Shown one piece after another: positions 1 through 12,674 of a stretch of 64,000 bases of DNA; position 1 is the first letter of the stretch, and each line of letters begins with the position of its first letter. The notes under the pieces were generated by a model. It saw only the letters and a list, made by a program, of their open reading frames with translations. It searched no databases and had not been told where the DNA came from. Made by a program: the position numbers and the translations under genes. The stretch is taken from the NCBI RefSeq assembly GCF_009914755.1, contig NC_060935.1, one strand, 5' to 3'. This DNA comes from the human T2T-CHM13v2.0 reference genome, Homo sapiens.

Positions 1-64
1 GCAAATGTTGCTGCCTGATTGTTCTTCTGGAAGCTTCGTCTCAGAGGGGCACCCTGCCGTGTGA
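1..64 (-). mobile_element. L1PA 5'UTR fragment (5'-truncated end of an L1 that continues off the left edge)
   Basis: GCAAATGTTGCTGCCTGAT..TCTGGAAG..GTCTCAGAGG..ACCC.GCCGTGTGA matches the reverse complement of the primate L1 5'UTR; the match stops at ~64. Confidence 0.8.
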
Positions 65-109
65 TTGAAGTCCCCCATTGTTTTGTTTTGGCAGCTGATT
101 TAGTAAACA

Positions 110-555
110 AACAAGAATGAAGAAGGAAACCATAGCTGAGTGGCAGAGCGAGCCTGGCTGTTTACACAGGACTCCAGGGCAGGGCTCCTGGAGAGGGACG
201 TGCCAGAGGGATGGGCCGAGGCCCAGGAGGAAGTGAACCTGCTCAGGGGCAGAAAGGAGACAAGAGAGAGGTGAGAGAGGAGGGCAAGAGCCAGGCCTTG
301 GAGGCTGGGCCACCAGGAAATGAGTTTGCACCTTATTGGGAAGCCACTGGGAGGCTTGAAGGAGGGTAACAAACTATGATTTTAGAGACCAAAAAAAGGG
401 TTCCTTGGTGCCTGGGTGGAGGACGGGCTTCAGAGGAAGAAACTGTGAGCTCCTGGAGTGCAGGCATGAAGGCAGGAGTGTCCTCGCTCCAGCCCTGGGC
501 ACGGGCCTAGCTCCTTGGTGCTCAGTGTGTAGTGGGGGCATGTATTAACTGGAAT
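110..555. mobile_element. Degraded L2 fragments (minus ~110-430, plus 3' end ~440-555)
   Basis: GGGAAGCCACTGGGAGGCTTGAAG..TATGATTTTAGAGACC and CTGTGAGCTCCTGGAG..CCAGCCCTGGGCAC..GTGCTCAGT resemble L2 consensus blocks. Confidence 0.5.
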
Positions 556-1359
556 GGTGCTTTGCTTTTGTTCTCTGTACTTTGGGTGGTGGACAGCTTT
601 CCTCTGTGGTGCTCTTTCTCCTTCCCTTCATTTTCCCAGGGGTCCATCCTCTGCATTTACCTGGGAGGGAGCTCTGTTACCTGGGGAGGGGCTCACAGTC
701 CTAGGCAGAATGGGGGCTCCCAGTGCCAGCTCCTAGGGCAGGAGCGACAGCCTCAGAAGCCTCAGCACTCAGATCTGTATCACGGTCCCAACCAGAGCCT
801 TGTTGTGTGCAGAGCCCTCCCTCTGCAGTGAAGAGCCTGAGGAAGCCATGTTCTCGCTGAAGCCGGAGTGGGCTGGCTGGGTGCCTGGCTCTGGCACTGA
901 AGCTGCCTCTCGGCTCACCTCCCAAGCAGCAGGGCATCTTGGGGGAAGGCAGTGTCAGCCCATGGTGCTTTGCTCTGTCTCTGGCTCCTGGACTGGGCTC
1001 TGAGCCCAGACAGTTTAATGCCACTGTGGACTTCATTCCAGGGGGTGTGGGGACCTCTGGAGAGTTCCACAACCCCATGGGGTAGGGCTCCTGGTGCTGG
1101 TTGAGGCCAGGCCTTCAGTTGGACACAATTTTGTCGTTGCCGCCACTGACTGCCATCTGGGTCGCTGCTGTTAGTTCCCAGTGGGGCTCAGCTCCCCTAC
1201 AGATGATCTCTGTAGCTCACCCCAGCCTGCAGATGGAGAAAAACAGTAGGCCCTGCCGGAACACGCTTTGGGAGCAGCCCATGGTGGCCTGGGGGCTCTA
1301 CAGGAGCTTCCCCTCCCCCTCCCACCAGTGAAGAGGAAGGTGCCACCGGTACCCGAGAG

Positions 1360-1515
1360 TGTTGTGTGTGCCTCCATGCCTCCCATGTGCAGCGTGGCTG
1401 TGCACGTGTGAGAGTGGGTGAACATGCCCACGTGTGCATGCAGGTGCGTGTCCCACAAGACACCCGTGCTCACATGCACACTCCTGTGTGTCTGCTCATG
1501 TGTCTGTGTATGTAC
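1360..1515. repeat. Degenerate TG/CA-rich simple repeat
   Basis: Runs such as GTGTGTGC, GTGCACGTGTG, CACATGCACAC. Confidence 0.7.
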
Positions 1516-1519
1516 TCGA

Positions 1520-2460
1520 CTCAACCCAGGTTTATCGAAGACCTGTTATTGAAGGTCTGCTATGGGCCAGGCCCTGTAGGGTACTCCGGGACTGCAAACT
1601 CGATCTTTTTTTGCTCTTATGGACTGTTTAGTCCAACAGGGGAGGCGGATATGAATTGAGCAATTAAAGGTTACATGTAAACTGTCAAATGTGAGACACG
1701 CTCCTGTGAGTTTTCATGTATTAGTGAATGGACGCTTCTGAGGGGCATCTGTGTCCCTGGGAGGAAACTTGTGTCTGCTGGTGCTCCCGTGTGTGCCTGT
1801 GCACACCCATGCTGGTTCTTGCACACACCTCGTCTCTATAAGAGGGCTGCAGAAAAGAAGACTGGATGTGCACGACATACTGAATCTGAGGATCTGGAAA
1901 GAGAGAGCAGGGAGCAATGTCTGAGGATGTCCTGGAGACTCTGTTGATGGGCCCCAGGAGACCGAGCCATGCACGGGACTCTCAGGTCCCTGAAAGAGCC
2001 GTTGAGTGGCCTGGTGGGACCACTCAGAGTCTGGCCATCACCCTCACTCTGCCCCGATCAGTGATATGATCTCAGGCTGTCGCCTTGGTTTTCTCATTCG
2101 TAAAATCATGATCGTAGACTAAACAGTCCTGAAAGCACTATTGAACCTTGACATTCCATGAGTCTGGACATGACCCCTGCCCTTAGGGATTGTATCTTAC
2201 AAATAGGGCTCGAAGAGATACCTAAGTACATAACCGCAAACACTCACACACAAACAATCACACACGTACACTCTCACACACATGCACACACACGCACACA
2301 CACGTACACATGTGCACGGGCATGGAAATGTATAAGGTTGAGTGAAGGAGCTCCCAAATAAGTAGTCAGAGGAGGCCTCTTGGAGGCATTAAAGACATGA
2401 TTGGAAAGCTTGATCTTGGCAGGGAGGGGAGAGGAGGTCTCCAGAGCTGCTGGGGACATG
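1520..2460 (-). mobile_element. L2 3' fragments interrupted by a MIR piece (~2040-2160) and a CA-rich tract (~2240-2320)
   Basis: TTATTGAAGGTCTGCTATGGGCCAGGCCCTGT resembles L2 TTATTGAGCACCTACTATGTGCCAGGCACTGT; GGTTTTCTCATTCGTAAAAT resembles the MIR core. Confidence 0.5.
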
Positions 2461-2546
2461 GTGGGCTGCCTGTGAGTGTCGGCGGCTTGGAACCTTTGGA
2501 GGGCAGCGGGGGCTTAGTTTGCACTTCCAGTGTGGAAACCAGAGGT

Positions 2547-2940
2547 GTGTGAGTTGGCTCAGGCTGTCCTATGATGAACCTCCCAGGGGTTGGGCGGCTC
2601 AGCTCTCAGAATTGTGTAAGGAACTCCCAAGGCTGGAAGTCTGAGATCAAGCTGTCAGCAGAGTTTGTTCCTTCTGAGGCTTCCTCTCCTCTCGGCTTGC
2701 ATGTGACTACGTGGCTATCTTCTCCCTGTGTCCTCACATGGCCGTCCTTCTGTGTGTCTGTGTCCCAGGCTACTCTTCTTAGGAGGACGCCAATCATCCT
2801 GGATGGGGGCTGCTCCAGTGACCTCCTGTTGCCTTCATGGCCTCTTTAAGGTCCTGTCTTCAAATACAGTCAAGTTTTGAGGCATTAGAGGTCAAGACTT
2901 CAACATATGAATTTCTGTGGGACACAATTCACACATAACA
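2547..2940 (-). mobile_element. MLT1 (MLT1B-like) MaLR solo LTR
   Basis: The reverse complement begins TGTTATGTGTGAATTGTGTCCCACAGAAATTCATATGTTGAAGTC; it contains the typical GGCTGGAAGTCTGAGATCAAG and CCTCACATGGCCGTCCTTCTGTGTGTCTGTGTCC blocks. Confidence 0.85.
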
Positions 2941-3877
2941 GGAGGGGTGGCATAAACTTCCTCCTGTGAGTTGAGACACAGGAAGAGCAGCCAGACATGG
3001 GCAAGTGTGGAGGAGAGTGGCCTCTTTCCACCTGTGGATGTGGAGTGTTGCCCAGAGAGGCAGGTGAGTGGGGCTTGCCCAGGACCTGGCCAAGCACCAG
3101 CCACTGAATCCTTGGTCTCTATAAAACGAGGCTGAGCCTGCCAGCTTGGCCAACTACACATGGTGGTGGGGTGCAAAGGAGCGAGTAAAGTTTAGAGTGT
3201 TACGCAAAGAGACAGTCGTCAGAATAACGTGAGTAATTCCTTGGTGCTGAATGCACGCCGGACTGTGCTAAGAGATGTGCCTGCGTGGCAGGGTGGATTT
3301 GCAAGTTCTTATTCTCACAGGTGGCCTGACCTGATGGAATGGGGAGTGCAGCTCAAGGCCCAGACAGAGACCCACACTCTTTTTCCATAATTATATAAAT
3401 GTCAGAAGTAAGGCTCAGATGCTTGAAGTCATTCGGAGTCACCAAGCCGGTATCCAATGCTGATGGCTTGTACATTCTTCTGGATTTTGTGTGGGCTGCA
3501 ATTGCACTGCATTTATTTTAGAGATGTTTGAGAGATGCATTTATTTTGTAGTTGTTAGATCTTCTGCTTTCCTAAGCAGATGGAAGAGGGCACAGAAGTG
3601 CACACACAGAGTGCCGTGCCGTGGGCAAGGCTGAGGAGTGGAACGTACAGTCTCGCTGTGGGGGTTCCTTTTGCTGTTGATGCTTCATGATGAAATTCTA
3701 GACATTTGGGGCAGTTTTATTGGGGGAGAAATTTGGGGCAGGTTGAGAGGAGAGCTTTTTGGCATCCTGGAAATGTGCTGTCCAGAGGTTTCCCTTTCCA
3801 CAAATGATGCGTAACACACATGCGCTTGAGCGAGGCCCGTGAAAGGCCTTGCATTGCTTTTCTGCTCTGGAGCGCCG

Positions 3878-3960
3878 CTGCACACCCCAGCCCTGGACAG
3901 TCTTGAGCTCTGCCTGACACTGCACATCCCAGCCCTGGACAGTCTCGAGCTCTGCCTGAC
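3878..3960. repeat. 42-bp tandem duplication (2 copies)
   Basis: CTGCACAYCCCAGCCCTGGACAGTCTYGAGCTCTGCCTGAC occurs twice in tandem. Confidence 0.95.
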
Positions 3961-5159
3961 CTGGGGGAGCACTGCTCTTCTCTGCCCTTATTCTTCCCCA
4001 GGCCAGGCAGCTTCCAGCTAACCTTGTCCAGCAGGCAGGGTGGCTGCTCTCCTGCCCGTGAATGTGAAGAGCTGATTTTTCCAGCAAGTAAGGCTTTGGT
4101 GTAGGGCTGCCCTACGCTTCCCTCTCAGCATGTTCTAGCAGCTTGTTGCATGAAATCACTCACTTGAGTGGCTTTTGCTGCAGCCTGAAGCCGTGCCATC
4201 CAAACCAATCCCTTTCCGTCTTGACCACCTCACCCCAAATCCAGAGGCCTCAGTGTGCCTCCTGGCCCTGCATGCCAGCCAGTCTCATCACCTGGCTGAG
4301 TGTGGAGGAGCATGGCCAGGCGTCTGAAGGGTGGGCCAGGTCCAGGGGCAGGGGCTGGGCAGGGGCTGGGCTGGGCAGGGATGGGGAAGACAGCCTCCTG
4401 CTGTGGTAGGGAACTGAGGGAGCTGCACAGGGTGGGGCCAGAGGCAGGAGGTGGGGCTCCGGGGTCTCCAGAGCCTAGGAGGGACTTAGGAGATTCCTGC
4501 CTGGGGAGAGCCGGATCCTGGAAACAGGACTCTTCCTATCCGGGCAGGTTTTGGCAGGTCATCTTCCCAGCACTGCCTGGTGGTTAAAGGAAAGATTTTA
4601 AACCCATGCGGACCTGAGCTCCACATTAAATGTAGAACCCTAGGTGGCTTCACCGCCTGGGCCTTGTTCCATCCCACAGCTGTTAAATGCCAGTGATGCC
4701 AGTGCTGAGAGGCTGTGTGAGGCTTCAGCGAGGTGTGCATGGACGGGGTGGGGTGTTGGGCAGGGCATAGATCTGGCTCTGGGGGTGCTTATTTGGGGGT
4801 GCATCAGAACTTCCAAGCACAGTGGGGACCCTCAGGGTGCTGAGGTGGGAGAGGGAGGGTCTCACTGCATGGGCCTCCTTCCCTCTCTCTCCCCCATGTG
4901 TCACCCCCTTCTCGTCTCTCCATTTCTGATGATTGGACCTTGGGGCCTCTTCCCCTTTGAAGACCCTGCCCGGGCTTCTGCTGGTGCCGGGTGTGCTTGA
5001 GCCTCCCTCGTGGGCCCTGATCCCACATCCTCCCCGATGTCCTCCTGAAACCCAAAAATTATTTCCCAATGTGCTTTCCAGACTCAAATGACCCCACCCC
5101 ACCTGCCCCACCAGGACTCTCCTCAAAGGAAACAACTTTAGGGAAAAAAGTGAAGCTGT

Positions 5160-6050
5160 TTTAAATATAAATGGCCAGGGCACAGTAGGCTCTTATTAAA
5201 ATACAGAGAGATTAACAAGGTCTCATTCCCCTCAATTATTAACAATGTACTTGTTCTTCAGGAAAGTACCATGAAAATTTAAAACAGATGAAAATGGTTG
5301 TTCACGTAAAACTGCTCAGTTAATCTGTGGGGAATGTTTTATTCAGTGCATTGAATGAACAGCGGGACATTGGACACCTGCTGATCCATCACCCCGGGCC
5401 CGGGCAGGCCCGTGGATGAAGAGAGATGGAGAAGACCAGGCATGAGACTGTGGAGAAGCCACACCACCAGAAACCCCTGCCCCATGCGCCGTCCAGCCCA
5501 CACCTGTGGATGCACGGGGGATTGCAGGCAGGGCTCCCACCGTGGACTCAGGAACAGGCAGGGAAGCTGCTGCCTCACCAGGCGAAGGGCTCAGGAGGGG
5601 GAGGCGGAGAGGCCCGTCTAGCCCCTGCGGCTGTCACCGTGGTGCCTCCTCACTGGCCAGTGCGGCCGCGCCTCAGCTTCGTTAATAGGGGAGGGGGCCT
5701 AAGAGTTTTCACGTCCAGGCTCGGGCAGTGGGGAGGCAGGCAGGAGTGGCCGCTGGTTTTTCAGACCTCCCAGGGAGGCCGAGGAAATGGCCCGTCCTGG
5801 AGTGGGCGTGGTTCTGTCTTCAGATGGATGCTGGAGGGTTGGGCTGCGTGGGACCCTGGGCCCTGCTGCTTCCCGGAGGATGCGCTGTCCGGGGCTGCAC
5901 AGGTTGGCTGTGTTTTTTGGATGCTTGATATTTTGTTTTTTCTTCTCTTCACTCTGTCATGAAACTGGCAATAGTAGTTTGTAAATAAATATGTGTTATA
6001 GATGAATATTTGCTATGAGTAAATTAATAAAGGAGTGAATAAATGAGCGA
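5160..6050. promoter_or_regulatory. Candidate enhancer/promoter: HNF1 site, extra GTTAAT half-sites, FOXA-like site, elevated CpG
   Basis: 5231-5243 reads GTTAATAATTGAG on the minus strand (11/13 to HNF1 GTTAATNATTAAC). Further half-sites at 5211, 5319 and 5681. TATTTAC (minus) at 5981-5987. NotI site at 5662. Motif evidence only. Confidence 0.45.
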
Positions 6051-7529
6051 TTGATGTAGGGCCTGTCCTGTCTCAGGGAGCCCCACGAAGGCCTGCGCGC
6101 CGGCCAGAGCCTGCCTGCCTGCCAGGGTACTGGGACGTCACTCTCAAAGCGGCGGGACCCAGCCGCTGATCTTGCTGAGGAGGCCCGGTCTCAGAAAACT
6201 GAGCGGCTGCTTCTGCAGACCCTGCATCCTCCCCTCCCTGGAGAAAGAAGCTCTGGCTGAGTCCTGGGACCGAACCCTTGGGTGCCACAGAAACGGGCTT
6301 TGCTGCCTGTCAGTCAAGCGGCGGGAGAAACAGACCTGGGGAGGAGGAGGCTGGGAGGGCTGTGTTTTCTGCACAGCGAGTAGCTCCTTAGCCTGGTGCC
6401 ATTTCTCTCCAAACACCCTGAAGGTTGAGTCCAGGGTGAAGATGTAGAGGCAAGTTTTGGGGGGATGGAGTGGGCTTGGAGGGATGCTGGCGCCTTAGCA
6501 GGCTGTGCTCCTGAGGTGCCCAGTGTCTGCGGGCACAGGAACATGTTGCCGAGGGCATTTGGGTGTGGGTGGGGTGGGGAAAGGGAGACAGGGCTGTCTC
6601 TTTTAATGGGTATCTGCGAGCATGTGATTGTAAGAGAGGAAGAAGTAGGGGAGGAAGAAGGCCTCCTTGGGAGGTGCGTCATCCTGAGGAAGGCTGAACA
6701 ATGAGGGTCTTGGAGAGTCAATTCAGAAGCACAACCTTGCAGAGCAGGCAAAAACAATAGGGCTTCTTGAGGCTGCCCGGGCACTCATGCAATCACCATT
6801 TCCTGCTGTGAATGAGCCTACATTTTGTTGGGGAAGAGACACAACGACGCCAAACGATGGACTCTGAGTCAACGATAAGATGAAACAAAATTAAAACAAA
6901 GTAGGAAATCAAGAGTGGCTGCTGTGATGGCGTTGCGGAGATGATGTTTGCTTTGAGAACTGGACAAGTGAGCCCCTGAGCTGCATCTGCACCCAGAGGC
7001 TGAGCCGGTGCACAGGACTTGCAGAGGGATGGGCCTGGGCTTGTAGAGCAGCACAACGGCCCCAGGCCTGGAGGAGCAAGGGTGGGAAGGGGGGCAGGCC
7101 AGCTCCTGCCAGGCTGGAGAAGGACTCGGACCTCAGGCCACCTGTGCCTGGGTGATTGTGAACTTGTAACAAATGTGATCTTATTTATGTTTTGAAAAAG
7201 GCAACACAAACCAACACGAGCCGTGTGAGGATCAGGTGACAGCTGCCCAAAAGCTGACACAAGGAACAAGCCTGGAGGAGTGAGGATGGGTGCTGTGAAG
7301 GAGGTTGTGCAGCTGGGCCCGCAGTCGGACCTGGTGAGATCAGAGGAGGGGGTGCCACCAGTCTGTGGACGAAGATGAGAAGCTGGAATAGAGCAGAAAA
7401 CAGGAGGCTGCCACTCTCCATCTTTCCCAAAGTCACTCCAGGAGCAAGGGTGTCATTTACTGAAATGACAGACTCTCCATTTCACATTTTTCCCCCAAGT
7501 GCAGAGTGCAGGGAAGCAGATGGGCTAAA

Positions 7530-8290
7530 TTTTTAGAGTCAGGGTTATTAATGTATACTTTACATAGTAAACTTTCCCCTTTTAAGTGTGCAGGCCTGAG
7601 GTTTGCCAAATATGTGTAGGCATTTAATCACCACCACGATCAAGATGTAGAATATTCCCACTATCAAAAAGTTTGCTGTGTCCCTTGATGGTCATGCCCC
7701 ATTCCACAGCCCCAGCCCCAGCCCCTGGAGATTGCTGTCTGCTTTATGTTCCAGTGGTTTTATCTTTTCCAGACTGTATGGATGTGAATGGAATCAGATG
7801 TGATTCCAAGGTGTTTTATCTTTTCCAGATGTGAATGGAATCAGATGTACGAAATCCTATGGTAGGGGGTCTTCTGAGTCTAGCTCCTTTTGTTTAGCGT
7901 GATGCATTTGAAATTAATCCATGTCTCAGGCATCAGGAGTTCATTTCTTTTTCTGCTGAGTAGTATTTCATTGTATGGATGTACTGCAATTTGCCTATCC
8001 ATTCACCTGTTGATGTACATTTGAGATTTTTGGCAATTATGAATAAAGCTGCTATAAACAGACATGGATTTTATGTAGACACGTCTTCATTTCTGTTGAG
8101 TAAATAACAAGGCATGAGATTTCTGGGCCATAGGGTAAATGTGTGTTTCACTTTATAAGAAACTGACAAGCTGTTTCCAAAGCGGTTGCTCCATTTTGCA
8201 TTGTGTGAGCGTTTTAGCTGTTCTGCGTCCTTTCCAGCACCTGGTGTGCCCATTTAAAAGACTTCAGCCACTCTCAATAGGTGTGTAGGA
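7530..8290 (-). mobile_element. Old L1M (L1MC/L1MD-like) 3' fragment
   Basis: Typical L1M antisense blocks: TTTTCTGCTGAGTAGTATTTCATTGTATGGATGTAC, GAATAAAGCTGCTATAAAC, CTTTATAAGAAACTG. Confidence 0.8.
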
Positions 8291-8439
8291 CTGGACTTAA
8301 ATTTAAATTTGAGAGGCATCAGTATGTGTGTGTGTGCCTTTCACACCTCCACAGTCACCGGCCACATGCACTCGTAAGGAGTGAACACACACAGCAGCTG
8401 GGAAAGGTCTGAGCAAAGGGCCATGGGCAGGGCACCCAG

Positions 8440-8660
8440 CTAGACAGAAGGAAATCAAGGACCGTGCTCTATGGTCCAACCAAGAAAGGATTTTAAAAAG
8501 AGAGAGTGAGCTAGTGGCCAATTGTTGCTGAATGCCTGCATATGATAAAGAGTGAAAATTGAGCACTGGATTTAGAAAGATGGTGGTTTTTGTTGACCTT
8601 GACAAGAGCAGTTCCAGGGTTGCAGCAGTGATGAGACCTGCATGAGAGGGAGTTCAGGAG
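8440..8660 (-). mobile_element. L2 fragment
   Basis: CACTGGATTTAG..TTGTTGACCTTGACAAGAGCAGTTCCAG is an L2 block. Confidence 0.6.
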
Positions 8661-8719
8661 GGCAGGGACTTGGGCGATGGGACTGGCTCCTCATCCAAGA
8701 TAGGGCAGTGGAGTCTGCA

Positions 8720-9181
8720 GGCTGTGTCTCCAATTTTCTCCTTTCTCCTTAGTAATAGAAATCTAAATTTATTTAGGATGGCAATGTGCCCAGATGAAAA
8801 GACTACATTTTCCAGCTCTCTGGAAAGGCTACAACTAGACAAGCTGATGACACTTGTTGAATGGACTTCCATGAAAACTCAGTAAGAGTGGGGAGGTGAT
8901 AGTTGGCCATGATCCACTTGCCTTTCCCTGCCCTCCTTCCTGGAATCGGGGGGACATACTGACTGCAGCCAGTGGTGATTACAGGACCTTCAACTTGGAT
9001 GACCTTGAGGATGCAAGCCAGCTTGAGGATGGCAGAGAAGAAAGACAGGAGTTACTGAGCTCCCTGGTGGTTCTACTGAGCTGCCAAGCCAGCCTCCAGC
9101 CTGGGCCTCCTTAAACCCATATGTGGCTAAACCAATGCACTTGAGTCTATTGGCTGTTGAACAAACCTCCTAACCGAAACA
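8720..9181 (+). mobile_element. Old ERVL/MaLR-type solo LTR (subfamily uncertain)
   Basis: CTCCTTAGTAATAGAA..AAAGACTACATTTTCCAGC, TTGAGGATGGCAGAG..AAGACAGGAG, ending CTAACCGAAACA. Confidence 0.6.
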
Positions 9182-9189
9182 GACTGTAA

Positions 9190-10230
9190 GCCTCAATATT
9201 AATGTGTCAATTCTCCTCATTAATCTATAAATTTAATTTGATCTTCAAATATATACAGAAATAGCATGTTTTGGATTGAGTCAAGCTGTTGCTAAAATTC
9301 ACATAGAAAAACGAGCAAGTAAGAATTGTTCAAGAAGTTCCAAAACAGAGATGTAGTAGTGGGTGATGAGGGATATAGCTATATGTTTTAAGCTATAATA
9401 AATAAAACTGTGTGGTGCTGGTGCATGGATAGGGAATCCGGTCAAGGGAACAGAATATAGAGTCCAAAAACAGAACCAGTTACAGGAGGAAACTGAAAGT
9501 TGTATGATGATTCTTCCTCAGATATTCTTAAATAGTGGGGAAAAGATGGGTTATTCGATGAACAGTGTTGGGACCACAAAGCAGCCATCTGAGAAAATTA
9601 CTGGCCCATAACTAGGCTAGTAATGGAGATCTCCAACTGAGATATATTCCAAATGAATCAAAGATTTAAAGGTCAAAAAAAAAAAAAAACCAAACACATA
9701 CTACTCGAAAAATTAAAACATAGGAGAGTTATTTATAGTCTCAGAGTAGTAAAGTCCTATGACAGTAAACAAAGAAACAAAGAAACCCCAGAAATCATAA
9801 AATAAAGTCTTGATAAGTTTGACTACCTAAAAGAATTCTGCATGACAATATCCACCCATAAGCAAAACCGAATAATAAACAACAAACTGGGAAACAAGTT
9901 TGGAACTCTGATCACAGACTGAGGTCAATTTCTTTAATACATAAAGAGCTCCCACAAAATAAGACCAAAAATTCAAAATAAAAGTAGGCAAAGGATTCAC
10001 AGAGACAATTCACAGTAAAGGAAATACAAATAGCTCATAAATGTGAAGAGATGTTCATCTTTACTGAGATGAAGAGAAACACAAATTAAAACTCCCTGGA
10101 GATGCCCCTTTCTCACCCAACAGGTCCTCAAGGATTGGAAGCTGGGTGACACTGCGGTGGCCATAGTCTGCACATGCAGGCCTTGTGATACTTGTAGCCT
10201 GACAGAACCCAGGAACTGTACCAAAAACTC
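9190..10230 (+). mobile_element. Old L1ME-like ORF2 3' fragment
   Basis: A-rich, with degraded ORF2 blocks (AAAACTGTGTGGTGCTGGTGCATGGATAG, CAAACTGGGAAA, AGATGTTCATCTTTACTGA). Confidence 0.75.
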
Positions 10231-10248
10231 CCTGCTGTTACAGCATCA

Positions 10249-10416
10249 CTCCCCAGCATGCTAACCGCCTTCCTCCCCAGCATGCTAACCGCCTTCCTCC
10301 CCAGCATGCTAACCGCCTTCCTCCCCGGCATGCTAACCGCCTTCCTCCCCGGCATGCTAACCGCCTTCCTCCCCGGCATGCTAACCGCCTTCCTCCCTGG
10401 CATGCTAACTGCCTTT
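10249..10416. repeat. 24-bp minisatellite, 7 copies
   Basis: Unit CTCCCCRGCATGCTAACCGCCTTC: 3 A-variants, then 3 G-variants, then 1 degenerate copy. Confidence 0.97.
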
Positions 10417-10439
10417 GCAAGCTTTCCTGAGAGACAGGG

Positions 10440-10535
10440 GCTCCATCTTTACTTCCCAGATGAGGATGGTGAGGCTCAGAGAGGCTGGGGACAGTTAACT
10501 GGGGCTAAATCAGGAATGAACTCAAGCCATGGTAT
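10440..10535 (-). mobile_element. MIR fragment
   Basis: CAGATGAGGATGGTGAGGCTCAGAGAGG core. Confidence 0.6.
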
Positions 10536-11556
10536 CCAAAAACAAGTGGAAGGACAAGTGGAAGAATGAAGGGTACCCTCAGCCTGTCTTCCTCCTTTCT
10601 TCTTCTCTCTCTTTGTTCTGTCTTCTCTCCTCTGCAAATGAATACAGGGTACTCGACTGACCTGTGCACAAAGAAGTATCATTAAGTCCTGCCCTCAGGC
10701 TTCCAGCTGGTTTCCTACAGATCTGAAAAGCCATGGCCTAGGCCGGTGTAGGCCGTGGGCCCCCTAAGCAAGACTATGAAAGAATCTGGGCTGTGTGGAC
10801 TGCTCTTTCCTTGAGTGTTGCTGAGAACCAGGCTGCCCCCGCACCGTTCTGAGAAGGAGACTCTTCTCTGGATGCCATTGGAGGCCCTGGAGCCCAAGAT
10901 GCCATCCACGAGCCAGTCCAGCCGAAGCTCAAGCTGGAGACCAGGGTCCTATTTTGACTTTGCTGCCACTGAGATGCGATGTGGTATTCTATGGGGGGAA
11001 GGTTCTCTCTCAAAGAAGAGTGAGGCCAAATCAGCTGTTTCGGAAGGAGAGTAGAGCTTGACCACCAGGGAGTCAAGAGGCTCATCAGCAGTGGGTCCCA
11101 GAGGGTGAAGGGACGGGGAATGGGGCATAGGGGATGCAACCTGCCAGGTTCCTCGCAGGGACCAGATATGCTGCCTCTGCCCCTCCAGGCGTGAGGAGGC
11201 TAGCCAGGGAAGGCCTGTGGGTGAGGTCGGGAGAACACGCTGGGAGGTGCATGTGCCGCACGGGTGCGGGAAGTGTGTGAAAAGTGGTTGTGTGGGGGCA
11301 GGGTGAAGGCCTAAGAGGCAGCTGCCATTCACCAATCTCCTTGTTGGTGTTCAGTCTTGTATGGCAGCTTCCTTTAGCTTCCCTCTTCTCAGAAATATTC
11401 ATGGTTCTGAGCCCACGCTTTCCGTAATGTGGATTCACCCGCTCAGCCAGCCACTGGCCAGCTTTTAAGGGCTTAGGCTCATACTCCTCAGCTCTGAAAA
11501 ATGTTCCTAGGAAAATGTATCACTTTATTTGCTTATGCAGCAGTCGATCAACAAAT

Positions 11557-11576
11557 TGTGTGTGTGTGTGTGTGTG
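11557..11576. repeat. (TG)n microsatellite
   Basis: About 10 perfect TG units. Confidence 0.9.
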
Positions 11577-12674
11577 GGTGTGCAGGTGTGAATGAGTGTG
11601 GCCAGGGTGGGTGTGAAGGAGTGGGTAGAAGATGGATTTTGCTCTTGAGGAACTCGCAGTCTAATTCAAGAGGTCAGACACTTGCGCAGATAATTGTAGT
11701 CCACGGCAGAAAACAGTAAGCCCCAGAGGCCAGTGAAGTGGCCCTGAGCTGGACAGGTGGAGGAGGCCATGAGCATCATTGCTTTCCTTCCCACCAGGGA
11801 GGCCACGGAGCTTTAGCTCTCTCAGGTCCAAGAACTGCACTTGGCCAGGGGTGGTCCCTGAATCCCGATCATGAAAGCCACCGCTGGGCGGGCAGATGTC
11901 TTACCTGGGGGCTCCCCAAGCCGTAGCTGGGTTCAGATGTTCATGCCGGTGACCTCAGCCAGCCACGTCCTGGGCCTGCCTTTCTTGCCTTTCTCGCTGA
12001 TGCCCCTCCAGCTCCCAGGGCAGACCCCGTGCTCTTAGCTGATTCTGGAGACACCTCCCACCCTCCTCCCCTTGCCCTCAGCCCCAGCACCGCCACCTCT
12101 TTGTGGGGTGGTTTGCACCTTGCAGGGTGCCAGGTGGCTCATAGCCCCTGCCGCCACCACCTCCTAGCTGTCTCCTGTGAGCTGCCACCTCTCCCAGCCG
12201 CATTGTGCCTTCTTTGAGGCCAGGGCTCCAGCTACGCCTCTCCGTGGCCTTGGCAGTTCTCTAGGTAGATGCTTCCCAACTCACTGATGGGCCAGGAGTG
12301 AGGTGTGGGGCTGCCTCGCTTAGCCCAGGCCCTGTGGAGACTGCAGTCTGAGAAGCTGGGCCTCTGTGCAGAGGGGCCTCCTGGTCGTCAGAGCAGCCTG
12401 CCCCTGTGGCAGGCGTCCCTCCACATCCTCAGCTCCCAGGCTGGCAGCCCCCTGACTCTGCCTGAACACTTGAGTGGCAGATTTCTCACCATTTCCTGGG
12501 GAAGCGATTCCAATTTCAATGTGAGAACGTGACTCCTTTTAATGAGTCAATATCTGTCTTCCTGAATCTTTCACCAGTTGGCTCTTGTTCTGTCTTCTGG
12601 AATCTCACAGGAAAAAAAATCCCACCTCCGCACCCCCGACAGCGTCCAGTGGAGACACTCACGGAGTGAGAGCT

